A stretch of DNA of 44,164 bases from Promethearchaeota archaeon (lineage in GTDB: Archaea; Asgardarchaeota; Lokiarchaeia; Sigyniarchaeales; SOKP01): NCBI GenBank assembly GCA_016839745.1, contig JAEOTS010000059.1:1-44164 (forward strand), written 5' to 3'. Numbering within the stretch: the first letter of the stretch is position 1; each line of letters starts with the position of its first letter. Under the pieces are notes generated by a model, which saw nothing but the letters and a program-made list of their open reading frames with translations, was not told the origin of the DNA and did no database searches. Below, piece by piece: positions 9,392-18,840 of this stretch. Position numbers and translations under genes: made by a program.

Positions 9392-10857
9392 TCTTCAATG
9401 TCACCTCTCATTTTATTAAGTACAACATCTTTAGTTTTTGCGACAAGAAAATTAGTATCTTCTCCCATTTTTACTACTTCTTCATATGAAATATTCAATT
9501 CTCGTGATAGAATTTCTATCACTCTTGGCCGACAAAAACCACCTTGACATCTCCCCATACCGGGTCTACACCTAAATTTAATTCCATCTAAGGTAGTTGC
9601 TCCAACAGGAGAATGAATAGCATTTAGAATTTCTCTTTCTGGAATCGTTTCACATCTACATATAATTCTTCCCCAGGTAGGATCTTTTTTTATTTTATCA
9701 TCCAATTCTTTTTTAGTAAATTCATTAAATCTTTCGGGTTTAGGGCGATTTGGATTGTAATCTTCTTTAACTTTTGTATTTACACCTAATAATTCTAAGA
9801 ACTCAACAACTCTTTCAGCAATAGCATAACAAGATGTTAAACCAGGGGATAAAATACCAACTACATTAATAAATCCATATACATCCGTATTGTCAATAAT
9901 AAAGTCGTACGTGTCTGGTACTGCTCTTAAGCCTGCAAAGTTTCTAATAGAGGATCTTACTGGTAGTTTTGGGACTAAGTTCATTCCTCCGTCCAAAATT
10001 TCTTTTAATCCTGCCGCAGTTGTAGCAATATCTTTTTTATCACTAATATTTTGAGCGTTTGGTCCTACAAATGTATTTCCACTTACAGTTGGGCAAACCA
10101 AAATACCTTTAGAAACTTTAGTAGGTGTGGGAAATAATATTTTGTTTAAATGCATCGCATTCCTATCGAAAAGGATGTATTCTCCTTTTCTTGGCATTAT
10201 ATTGAAATAGTCCAAACCAACCAATTTCGAAATCTTCGCTCCGTAAACACCAGCAGCATTAATAATATTTTGCGCTTTGAATTCCTCTTTTTTAGTTTTA
10301 ATCGTAAAAGTATAGTTTTGATGTTTAATTCTCCTTACTTTTTGGTTTCGAAAGAATTTTACCCCGTTCATGGCAGCATTCTCAGCGAGCGCAATAGTCA
10401 TCCCATAAGGACTAACAATCCCTGCTGATGGTGCATGTAGAACTCCAACTACCTCGTCTGTAAGATTAGGTTCCATATATTTTATTTTTTTCTTATCTAA
10501 GATCACTTCCAAGCCAGGAACTCCATCTTGAGTTCCCTGTCTTCTCTCTTCTTCAAGTTTTTTTATTTGATTATCCTCTAAAGCAACCACAAAAGAACCA
10601 ATTCTTTGAAATGAAAAATTTAATTCTTCCACAGCTTGAGTATACATTTTATTTCCAGTGATACACATGTCCCGCTTTAAATATTCTCGTGGTGATGCAT
10701 AACCTGCGTGTACTACACCTGAGTTTGCTTTAGTAGTACCTGATGCAATATCTGCTTCTTTTTCTAATAAAGCAATATTGAGATCAAATTTTGACAAAGT
10801 TCGAGCGATACAACAACCAGTGACTCCACCACCTATAATAACAACATCATAAATCAA
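9388..10857 (-). CDS. FAD-dependent glycerol-3-phosphate dehydrogenase-like protein (GlpA/LhgO-like) with C-terminal BFD-like [2Fe-2S] domain
   Basis: IGGGVTG, GTTKANSGVVHAG, PRKGEY, FAGLRA, SPGLTS; C-terminal ICRCE...GMGRCQGGFC. Confidence 0.85.
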   Translation of the reverse strand: MIYDVVIIGGGVTGCCIARTLSKFDLNIALLEKEADIASGTTKANSGVVHAGYASPREYLKRDMCITGNKMYTQAVEELNFSFQRIGSFVVALEDNQIKKLEEERRQGTQDGVPGLEVILDKKKIKYMEPNLTDEVVGVLHAPSAGIVSPYGMTIALAENAAMNGVKFFRNQKVRRIKHQNYTFTIKTKKEEFKAQNIINAAGVYGAKISKLVGLDYFNIMPRKGEYILFDRNAMHLNKILFPTPTKVSKGILVCPTVSGNTFVGPNAQNISDKKDIATTAAGLKEILDGGMNLVPKLPVRSSIRNFAGLRAVPDTYDFIIDNTDVYGFINVVGILSPGLTSCYAIAERVVEFLELLGVNTKVKEDYNPNRPKPERFNEFTKKELDDKIKKDPTWGRIICRCETIPEREILNAIHSPVGATTLDGIKFRCRPGMGRCQGGFCRPRVIEILSRELNISYEEVVKMGEDTNFLVAKTKDVVLNKMRGDIEE

Positions 10858-11014
10858 TAGAAAGACCTCTTACATTCTTAAAAGCAAATAAAGTAGCTTA
10901 AATAGTAAAACATCTTATTTCTTTAAAATTTATTCGGTACAAAAATATATTCTACTTGATAAAGGTGATGAATAGGTAAAATATTGATTATACCCTATTT
11001 AGATACACCAAGAA

Positions 11015-11401
11015 TTAGATAAAAAAGAACCAGAGTATGTTAAATACCAACGCAATGATTATTAAAGCAATTGTTATAGGGTTAATTAGCGTACTTCTTA
11101 ATGCTTTGGAGTATTTAATTTCGAGATCCCCTTTTAGAAGGGTGTTAAATGTTTTGTATTTTGGATTCATATCTTCTTTCATGTGGTAAGAACCAAGAAA
11201 GCGAGGACTTGTTAGACTTTTCAAGCGACTATTATAGTCACTAGCAGGAAATAAATGTAACTTATTATTATTGAGAACATCCTCGTAATCTTTTATATTT
11301 CGGGTTTTGATTAACTCTTTTTCAGTATCTTTGTTCTTTTTATTATTGTTCATAGGAATAATACCAATTGATTTTATCTCATGTTTTTTATATCCATTCA
11401 T
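11015..11401 (-). CDS. Hypothetical tail-anchored membrane protein
   Basis: Hydrophilic basic body with a single hydrophobic segment at the extreme C-terminus. Confidence 0.6.
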   Translation of the reverse strand: MNGYKKHEIKSIGIIPMNNNKKNKDTEKELIKTRNIKDYEDVLNNNKLHLFPASDYNSRLKSLTSPRFLGSYHMKEDMNPKYKTFNTLLKGDLEIKYSKALRSTLINPITIALIIIALVFNILWFFFI

Positions 11402-11418
11402 TCTTAAATTTTTTACGG

Positions 11419-11808
11419 TTATTTTTCTAAAGATTTATCGATAAAATCACCAAAACCAGAAAAAATACTTACATCGCTATCCCAATTTACTAGATTTTTT
11501 GCATAAATTCTAAAAAAAACATCAGAGATTCGCATTAATTCATCAATAACTTTTTTCTCTTTCATTTTGGTTAAAGAGCTTCCAATAAAAAGAAAACTTC
11601 TCCGCTTAATTATGACAAATCGGAGATCGGATTTTTCAAATGAACTGATTCCACCATCACTAAGAGCTTCAGCGAATTTGTTTAGTGCACTCATTAATGC
11701 CCCAAAAAGTTGAGGATTTACTTTTTGATCGAATACTTTTGAGAATAGAACAATTCCGTTATCTGTTAAAACCCAGAGATCTTTTAGTATCTTCGGCACT
11801 AATACCAC
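11419..11808 (-). CDS. Stand-alone longin-like (adaptin sigma/roadblock-related) domain protein
   Basis: Pattern LWVLTDNGIVLFSK, QLFGALMSALNKFA, beta strands ISSF/RFVII/FLFIG, helix with F...Y, and F..F...ID; typical Asgard longin-like pattern. Confidence 0.7.
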   Translation of the reverse strand: MVLVPKILKDLWVLTDNGIVLFSKVFDQKVNPQLFGALMSALNKFAEALSDGGISSFEKSDLRFVIIKRRSFLFIGSSLTKMKEKKVIDELMRISDVFFRIYAKNLVNWDSDVSIFSGFGDFIDKSLEK

Positions 11809-11980
11809 AAATTACTGATTTTCCCTATCTAATATTCAATTAATATCGTGTTTTTACTTTTTAAAAAATCTTTTTTAGAAATTTTTCTTAACTGTATTAG
11901 AAGTAAAAAAATAAAATAGATAAAAATTTGTTTTTTATCTTCAAATTAAATTTTTATTAAAAAACATAGTTCAAAACTCA

Positions 11981-12862
11981 ATGATTTGGCAAACTAGAAT
12001 AACCAAAATAACCGGGGTTAAGTTACCACTTATAATGGGTGCGTTTGCAATAATAGGAAGAGCAGAATTTGCTAGTGCTTTTTCCAACGCTGATGGATTA
12101 GGTATTATTACTGCTATTAATTATCCTAAAATTGAAGCTTTCCGATCCGATCTTGAACTAATGATGAAATTAACAGATAAGCCTTTTGGAGTTAATTTTA
12201 CTATAACACCTCCATATCTTTTAAAAAAACGCTATGGAAGAACTGAGGAATCTTATTACGATTTCTTAGATTTAGCAATTGATATGGGAGTAAAAATATT
12301 TACTACTTCTGCGTATCAAGCTCCAGGATTAGGAACTAAGATAAAAGACGCAGGATGCTATTGGTTCCATAAATGCGTTACTATAAAGCACGCATTAGCC
12401 GCTCAAAATGCTGGAGTAGATGCAGTCACACTTGTAGGTCTTGAGGGAACGGGCTTTAAAAATCCTGTTCAAAATACCACGCTTGTTAATATTACGATGG
12501 CACGAAGATTACTCAATGTGCCTATAATTGCTGCTGGAGGCATAGGGGACGCAAGAGGTTTTCTTGGAGCGTTAGCGATGGGAGCGGACGCAGTTTGTTT
12601 AGGAAGCTCAATTATTGCTACAACAGAAAGCATTGCTTCAGAAAATTGGAAACAAAAGGTCTTAAATCAAGATATATTTGACGAGAAATACTACAAAAAA
12701 ATATTCCATCTCGAGTTAAAAGATTCTCCCATAGCATCAATGGCGATTGGCCATGTTGACGAAGCTTTGCCAATAAAAGTATTTATTGATAATATTATTA
12801 GCGAAACGGAGCATGTTCTAAAATGTTGGGGTTATAAGTCTGACACTTTTAACACAATATAA
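11981..12862 (+). CDS. Nitronate monooxygenase/FabK-family FMN TIM-barrel oxidoreductase (divergent)
   Basis: TRIT...G...P.I, GLGII, TDKPFGVN, PIIAAGGIGDARG...ALAMGADAV.LG. Confidence 0.85.
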   Translation: MIWQTRITKITGVKLPLIMGAFAIIGRAEFASAFSNADGLGIITAINYPKIEAFRSDLELMMKLTDKPFGVNFTITPPYLLKKRYGRTEESYYDFLDLAIDMGVKIFTTSAYQAPGLGTKIKDAGCYWFHKCVTIKHALAAQNAGVDAVTLVGLEGTGFKNPVQNTTLVNITMARRLLNVPIIAAGGIGDARGFLGALAMGADAVCLGSSIIATTESIASENWKQKVLNQDIFDEKYYKKIFHLELKDSPIASMAIGHVDEALPIKVFIDNIISETEHVLKCWGYKSDTFNTI

Positions 12863-12897
12863 GATATTACATATCAAAATGTAAACATCTTGATATC

Positions 12898-14178
12898 ATG
12901 AAGTTAGATTATGGAAGAAATGGAATTGAGCTAAATGTTAATCCTAATTGGAACACCGCAGTAATCCATCCTGTGGAGCAGAATGTAATTGAAAATCCAA
13001 TTAAAGCGATTAGAGAAGCTATAAGAAATCCTTTGGGAAGCCCTTCTTTAGAGTCTATTATTAAGACTCGGCAAACGATAAAAAATGTTTGTATAATTGC
13101 ATCGGACGCAACAAGACCGGTTCCAACACATCTTATTTTGAATGGGCTTTTACAAGAATTAGTCGATTACGGGATTCAAGAAAAAAGTATTACTATCTTA
13201 ATTGCCACAGGATTACACCGTCCATCTCGTAAAGACGAAATAGAAAGAATATTAGGTGAAGTTAAAGCTAGAGATGTGAAAGTATTTAATCACACTGCAA
13301 CAGATGCTCAATCTCTAGTATCTTTAAATAAGAGTGGACTTGATAGTCCAGACTCTATCAATAAGTGCTATTTTGAAAGCGATCTAAAAATTGTAACCGG
13401 TTATGTCGAACCCCATTTCTTCTTTGGTTTTTCAGGCGGTTATAAATCTATTGTACCCGGTATTGCTGGTGCCGAAACGATTTTAGCAAATCACTCCGCT
13501 GAAAATATTGCTTCTCCTTATGCTCGATTTGGAAGCTATGAAAACAATCCATTAACAATTCAATCTGCTAAAATAGCTAAAAGAGTTCGTCCAGATTTTA
13601 TAATTAATGTGTGTATTAACAAAAATCATGAAATCACCAAAGTAGCTGCTGGTGATTTAGAATCTGTTCATAAGAAATTAGTAGATTTTCAAAACAAGCA
13701 CATCTTCAAAGAAATTCAAGAACCTTTTGATATTGTAGTCTGCGGAAATGGAGGATATCCTTTAGATCTTAACCTGTATCAAGCGGTAAAGAGTATGGCA
13801 ATTGGAGAAATGGGTGTGAAACAAGGAGGTACTATAATTTCCGTGAATGAATGTAGAGAAGGAGTTGGCGTTGGCCAAGACAAGTTTAAAGAGCTAATTT
13901 TTTCTGGAAAATCTCCTGAAGAAATCTATAAAAAAATTCTAAACAAAGAGATAATTGTGCCTGATCAATGGGAAATTCAAGTGTTAACCCGAGTATTAAT
14001 GAAGGCTGAAATTTATCTTGTATCAAATATGAGAGAAGAAGAAATCGGAAATATTGGGTTAAAATATGCTGATACCGTAGAAAATGCTATTAACCAAGCT
14101 TTAATTAAACACGGAAAGAACGCAAAGATACTTGTTTTACCTAATGGCCCCCAAATTCTTCCAATTATAAACAAATAA
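12898..14178 (+). CDS. larA: Nickel-pincer-dependent lactate racemase family protein
   Basis: SDATRP, ATGLHR, EPHFFFGFSGGYKSI.PG, LANH, GGYPLDLNLYQAVK, PDQW, LPNG. Confidence 0.9.
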   Translation: MKLDYGRNGIELNVNPNWNTAVIHPVEQNVIENPIKAIREAIRNPLGSPSLESIIKTRQTIKNVCIIASDATRPVPTHLILNGLLQELVDYGIQEKSITILIATGLHRPSRKDEIERILGEVKARDVKVFNHTATDAQSLVSLNKSGLDSPDSINKCYFESDLKIVTGYVEPHFFFGFSGGYKSIVPGIAGAETILANHSAENIASPYARFGSYENNPLTIQSAKIAKRVRPDFIINVCINKNHEITKVAAGDLESVHKKLVDFQNKHIFKEIQEPFDIVVCGNGGYPLDLNLYQAVKSMAIGEMGVKQGGTIISVNECREGVGVGQDKFKELIFSGKSPEEIYKKILNKEIIVPDQWEIQVLTRVLMKAEIYLVSNMREEEIGNIGLKYADTVENAINQALIKHGKNAKILVLPNGPQILPIINK

Positions 14179-14235
14179 TTTAAATGAGTTAATTAGTAAT
14201 GTTATATAATAATTGTAGATTTATTCTAAAGTGAA

Positions 14236-15264
14236 ATGGAATCAACAAACGCTATCATTTATCTTGATATAGATAACGATACTCCAAGGATTAAATTTTG
14301 GTATCCTTTTAATCTTCCAGAAGAACACCGTAATTATATCAGTGAAGAATGCATTTCGATCATCTCTGGAGATACATCTTTCATCCCCGAAGTTCTCTTA
14401 ATTTTTCCTATTTCAGCTTTAAAAATCAAGGTCTTAATTAAATATTTTAAAAGGGAAGGATCCGCTATTAGAGAGGGAGTTTCGAAATCCGCAATAATTT
14501 TTATATTTGCTGAGGAAGAGGATCAAATCTATTATCGATATATGAGTTATATCGATTCGTATTTTAGTAAAACTGTTAGTACTCTGCTCACGCTTGAGGA
14601 AAAAGAGACTATCGACGAAGTTTTAAACGAAGAAATCGTGAAGTTGCACATGATATTATGTAACTTAACAGATTATTTGTCTTCTAAAAGCGAGTATGTA
14701 CCAGAGAAAGCGGAACCGACCAAAAAAATTATTCTTAATAGTCAGGTAGAGAAAAAGAAATTTAAAGTTGTAGTCCTAGGAGACCCTCAGGTAGGTAAGA
14801 CTTCTACAATTCTCAGATACACTGACGGTGTTTTCATCAGAGCATATATTCCAACGATGGGCTTAAACATCACCCACAAAATATTCGATATTGATACTAA
14901 CATCGTTGAATTAGTGCTTTGGGATATTGGGGGGCAAACTAAATTTGAAACCATAAGAAAAAAATTCTACGAGGGAGCAAGTATCATTTTAGTACTCTTT
15001 GACTTGTCAAGCGCGATGTCTTTTGCTAATGTTCCAAAATGGTATCAAGACACTAAAAACTACATGAAAAATGATCAAGCACTCAAGGGTTATCTTATCG
15101 GGAATAAGAATGACTTAGTTAAAAAAAGAATTGTAAGCGAGTCTGACGCTATAAAACTTGCTTACACTTTAGACTTAGAATATATTGAAATATCTGCTTT
15201 AACGGGTTATAATGTGGAGAAAACTTTCAAGAGTGTCGCAAGAAAATTAGTCAATTTCAATTAA
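14236..15264 (+). CDS. Rab-like small GTPase fused to an N-terminal longin/uDENN-like domain
   Basis: G1 GDPQVGKT, G2 YIPTMG, G3 WDIGGQ, G4 GNKND, G5 EISA; ~150-aa N-terminal alpha/beta domain; no C-terminal prenylation cysteines. Confidence 0.88.
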   Translation: MESTNAIIYLDIDNDTPRIKFWYPFNLPEEHRNYISEECISIISGDTSFIPEVLLIFPISALKIKVLIKYFKREGSAIREGVSKSAIIFIFAEEEDQIYYRYMSYIDSYFSKTVSTLLTLEEKETIDEVLNEEIVKLHMILCNLTDYLSSKSEYVPEKAEPTKKIILNSQVEKKKFKVVVLGDPQVGKTSTILRYTDGVFIRAYIPTMGLNITHKIFDIDTNIVELVLWDIGGQTKFETIRKKFYEGASIILVLFDLSSAMSFANVPKWYQDTKNYMKNDQALKGYLIGNKNDLVKKRIVSESDAIKLAYTLDLEYIEISALTGYNVEKTFKSVARKLVNFN

Positions 15265-15502
15265 ATGAGTTTAAATTGCTGATATGCAGTAATGTTTTTT
15301 TTCTTTAAATTAAATGAATTTTAATCTAAAAACCGATATAATTCTAAATTAATCTAATCTGGGATAAAATCGTAACTAAAATTACCCGTAATAGTGCTAC
15401 AATAAAATCTCACGACATCAGCTTATAAAAAATAAATTCACTTTTTTCCCACCATCTGCCCGCAAATCCCGTCCAATGTTATGTTCTGGGGAATATCACG
15501 TC

Positions 15503-15603
15503 TGTACATAAAAACATTTTTAAATAGTGGAGTTACATAATTTACATTGTACATAATTTATAATAATATTATTCGTAGTGATATTTTCGAAAAACTTATA
15601 AAT
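15503..15603 (+). promoter_or_regulatory. Candidate tfb promoter with upstream repeats
   Basis: TACATAATTTA twice (15534-15544, 15550-15560); TGTACATAA at 15503 and 15548; BRE/TATA-like GAAAAAC-TTATAAAT at 15589-15603. Confidence 0.35.
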
Positions 15604-15693
15604 TAAAATCGTCATACATTTTAACGAAAGTTTACGTAATAATATTGAATAATCATTATTTAACAAAATTATCAAAAAACAAAGTGAAAATAT

Positions 15694-16617
15694 ATGTCAT
15701 ATCGAGACCGCCTACGATCAGCGAAGGTTAGTTCAGAAGAGGATAGTCCTAGTGGACACTGTTGCGAAAATCCTTCAGTTGAATCTAAAGATGGTGATGT
15801 TGTCTGTTTAAACTGTGGAATGATTCAGAGTAGAAACTTGGTTGGAAACGAGAGGAGAGCATATACAGTAGAAGAAGTAAACAAACGAAGACGAACCGAA
15901 CCACGATGGCGAGAGTTCGGGCCAAGAACTATGCTACCAAATTCCAAGATTGATTCGAAAGGAAGATTAATTAACGCTAAAGGAAAAACTTTATTTTCCA
16001 GACTTTCAAAAATTCAAAATTCTTTAATTTCCAGCATTGAAAGAAACTTTTGGGAAGCAAAACCAAAGTTAAAAATGCTTACATCGAAATTGAACATTCC
16101 TGAATATATCAAAGAAACAGCATGGAAAATATATAGTGTTGTTGCAAGGAAGAAGTTAACCATGGGTAGATCTATCGATGGTTTTATTGCTGCTTCATTA
16201 TATGCTGCAATCAGAGTTCACGAATTTCCACGATTATTAGAGGAAGTTTGCGATGCTTCAATGACTCCGCGAAGGACTGTACATAGAAGCTTAGGAATGA
16301 TTGTGAAAGAAGTTTTACCAGAATTGAATCTAAGATATAAGCCAATTACAGCCGAACAGTTAGTATTTCGATTCGGAAATGATTTGGGCTTACCTATGGA
16401 AGTTCAGAAGAAAGCAATCGACATGCTCGCAGACGCATCAAAAAACGGACTATTAAGAACTGGGAAAGATCCTAAGGGATTAGCGGCAAGTGTAATTTAT
16501 ATGGCGGCCAAATCAAGTAACTGCCGAAAAACACAAGCAGAAGTCTCAGAAGTGGCCAAAGTTACAGAGGTCACATTACGGTCCCGATCCAAGCAAATTA
16601 GAATGAAATTAGCTTAA
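15694..16617 (+). CDS. tfb: Transcription initiation factor IIB (TFB), divergent paralog
   Basis: Zn-ribbon CCENP...VVCLNCG; two cyclin repeats (GRSIDGFIAASLYAA.R; GKDPKGLAASVIYMA); C-terminal HTH TQAEVSEVAKVTEVTLRSR. Confidence 0.93.
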   Translation: MSYRDRLRSAKVSSEEDSPSGHCCENPSVESKDGDVVCLNCGMIQSRNLVGNERRAYTVEEVNKRRRTEPRWREFGPRTMLPNSKIDSKGRLINAKGKTLFSRLSKIQNSLISSIERNFWEAKPKLKMLTSKLNIPEYIKETAWKIYSVVARKKLTMGRSIDGFIAASLYAAIRVHEFPRLLEEVCDASMTPRRTVHRSLGMIVKEVLPELNLRYKPITAEQLVFRFGNDLGLPMEVQKKAIDMLADASKNGLLRTGKDPKGLAASVIYMAAKSSNCRKTQAEVSEVAKVTEVTLRSRSKQIRMKLA

Positions 16618-16639
16618 TCGGTTAAGAACTAGCTTTAAT

Positions 16640-16680
16640 GGTTTTTTTATTATCTTTTTTTTTATTTTATATTTTTAAAT
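16640..16680 (+). terminator. Oligo-T terminator after tfb
   Basis: Several T7-T9 tracts 25-50 nt after the stop codon. Confidence 0.5.
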
Positions 16681-16953
16681 TCTGATTAATTTACATTCAT
16701 TTATTATAAGCTAACGTTAAATAACTTAAAACTGAGTTTAAATGCATAATTTATGATATTTAAATTTTTACTTTTTCGTCTTGTATTCCAATTTTGTACA
16801 AATAAGGGAAATTATGGTTGTCTTTATTTTATACTTATTTTTTATTTTAATTAATACTAAGGGTTTAAATCATCGAGTTTAGATATTATAATAAGCTTGA
16901 TTGAAAGGTATACGAGTCCCAGTTAAGAAGTGACACTTGCGTAAGCGGTTTTA

Positions 16954-18684
16954 TTGAATTTCAAATATACTGTACGGAAATTTAAAGGCATTTTTACTAT
17001 AAAGAATGTAAGTTATTCTTTACTTTTATTAAATACATTTTGTTTTGTCTCAGGTATATTATATATAGTTATTCCTGAATATTTACTACTTTGGGACATA
17101 TTTGGTGTAATTTTAACAGTTACTCTTTTTGATAACCTTTTATTAGTATATCTTAATTTATTGAAAGTTAATAAAGGGAGTAAATTAGGATATAGGTTGT
17201 ATATATTGGGGTATATTTTTCTTGCTTTTATGATATTTGCAATGTTTGGCATGATGCAAGGTAATCTTTTAAGTTCTGGAGCAATTTCTGATGGTTTTTT
17301 AGGAGGATATGCATTGACTCATCTCAGTTATTTTGGAATTTTAACATTTGGTATTATAATGGGATTATTTGATATTTTAACAAGAAAGAATTCTGATATA
17401 TGGAGTAAAGATATAGGAAGCGATAGAAGAAAATCCATGAAAGGTGTTAGATTTCAAAGAATTTTTAGGAAAATTTTAGTAGTTATATTTTGGAGTGGTT
17501 TTATTTTCGGTGTTTTTTGTGCTTTCATAACTCTCTTTGGCGTGTTTGAATTTGTAACAACCCAACTTGCTTATATTTCATCTCAATATGGAGTTTTCTT
17601 GTCGTTTATCTTCTTATCTAACACGATCATTCTATTAAAGTTAAAGCGGGGGAGATGGGATCGGAAGAAATTCCGTAGAGTAGCCCTCGTAGGAATTTTT
17701 GTTTCTACAGCATTACTAAGTCCTTTATTTCTTTCAAACATCACGGCATTAAATGCCGAAGTACGTTTTTCAGAGGCTTTTGGTCAAAATTGGCAACAAA
17801 AAATTCCTTCAGAAACTAACGATTACTTTTTACAAACTTCTTTTTCGACAGCAGGGTATTATTTAGGAATTCCATCTAAAGATTGCAATATAATAGAAAA
17901 TGTTCTATTTTACGACAATGAAAGCATTAAATTGTATTTTGATGCATATATGCCATTGGGGAAAGGAGAAGGGCTTCCAGGGCAGAATTCCACATTAATT
18001 CGAATTCACGGTGGAGGTTGGGTATCAGGTGATAAAGGAGAATCAAACATGATGCAGATGAATAAGTATTTCGCGGCTCAAGGGTATATAGTGTTTGATA
18101 TTCAATATGGTTTGTATGATTCCCCGATTGCAGCTATGGATTTTATTACACCTAGTTATAATAAAGGAGATTTTAATATTGACGACATGATTCGTCATAT
18201 TGGTGAATTTACTAAATACCTCACTGAAAATGCGAACGAATACGGAGCTAATCTAGATTCTGTTTTCTTTAGTGGAGGATCTTCAGGAGGACATCTCGCA
18301 AGTGCAGCAGGTTTAGCACTAGCGAGTGGCAATTATTCAAATTTATTTAGTCAGAACTTAACAATAAAAGGATTGATTCCATTCTATCCATCAAATGGCC
18401 AGATGGTATATTTTGGAATTGATGGAAAGGAAGAATTTACAGACCCAGCTAAATTAATCGAGCCTGGAAGTCCACCTTGCTTAATTTTTCAGGGTACTCA
18501 CGATGTTCTTACTTATTTTGGGATTAGTAATATTTTTAGAGATTCTTATTTAGCAAAAGGGAATACTAATTGTGCAATTATTTGGATGCTGTTAGGGGGG
18601 CACTCAAGTGATTTCTATTTTTCTGGTTATTATAATCAAATTTTTCTATACTTTATGGAACGCTTTATGTATCTTCATCTCTAA
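16954..18684 (+). CDS. Polytopic membrane-anchored alpha/beta hydrolase (HSL-like lipase/esterase)
   Basis: ~7 N-terminal TM segments; HGGGW oxyanion motif, GGSSGG nucleophile elbow, QGTHD (Asp), GGH (His). Confidence 0.85.
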   Translation: MNFKYTVRKFKGIFTIKNVSYSLLLLNTFCFVSGILYIVIPEYLLLWDIFGVILTVTLFDNLLLVYLNLLKVNKGSKLGYRLYILGYIFLAFMIFAMFGMMQGNLLSSGAISDGFLGGYALTHLSYFGILTFGIIMGLFDILTRKNSDIWSKDIGSDRRKSMKGVRFQRIFRKILVVIFWSGFIFGVFCAFITLFGVFEFVTTQLAYISSQYGVFLSFIFLSNTIILLKLKRGRWDRKKFRRVALVGIFVSTALLSPLFLSNITALNAEVRFSEAFGQNWQQKIPSETNDYFLQTSFSTAGYYLGIPSKDCNIIENVLFYDNESIKLYFDAYMPLGKGEGLPGQNSTLIRIHGGGWVSGDKGESNMMQMNKYFAAQGYIVFDIQYGLYDSPIAAMDFITPSYNKGDFNIDDMIRHIGEFTKYLTENANEYGANLDSVFFSGGSSGGHLASAAGLALASGNYSNLFSQNLTIKGLIPFYPSNGQMVYFGIDGKEEFTDPAKLIEPGSPPCLIFQGTHDVLTYFGISNIFRDSYLAKGNTNCAIIWMLLGGHSSDFYFSGYYNQIFLYFMERFMYLHL

Positions 18685-18840
18685 AATCTTAAGACTTTAT
18701 AATCTTCTATGAGTTTAATCTTGAATATTCAAAAATGATAATCATTTTTTGAAATTCTACTCATGTTATGTCTATTTTTGCACATATGTATAAAAGGAAG
18801 CTAATAATAATATCTTAGTATATATAATTTTGTATATTTA

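Noticed and set aside
11015-11401. SNARE protein
   Set aside because: No 60-aa heptad motif before the TM; the region contains several prolines.
16895-16953. GC-richer stretch as an N-terminal extension of the lipase
   Set aside because: In-frame TAA codons at 16924 and 16942.
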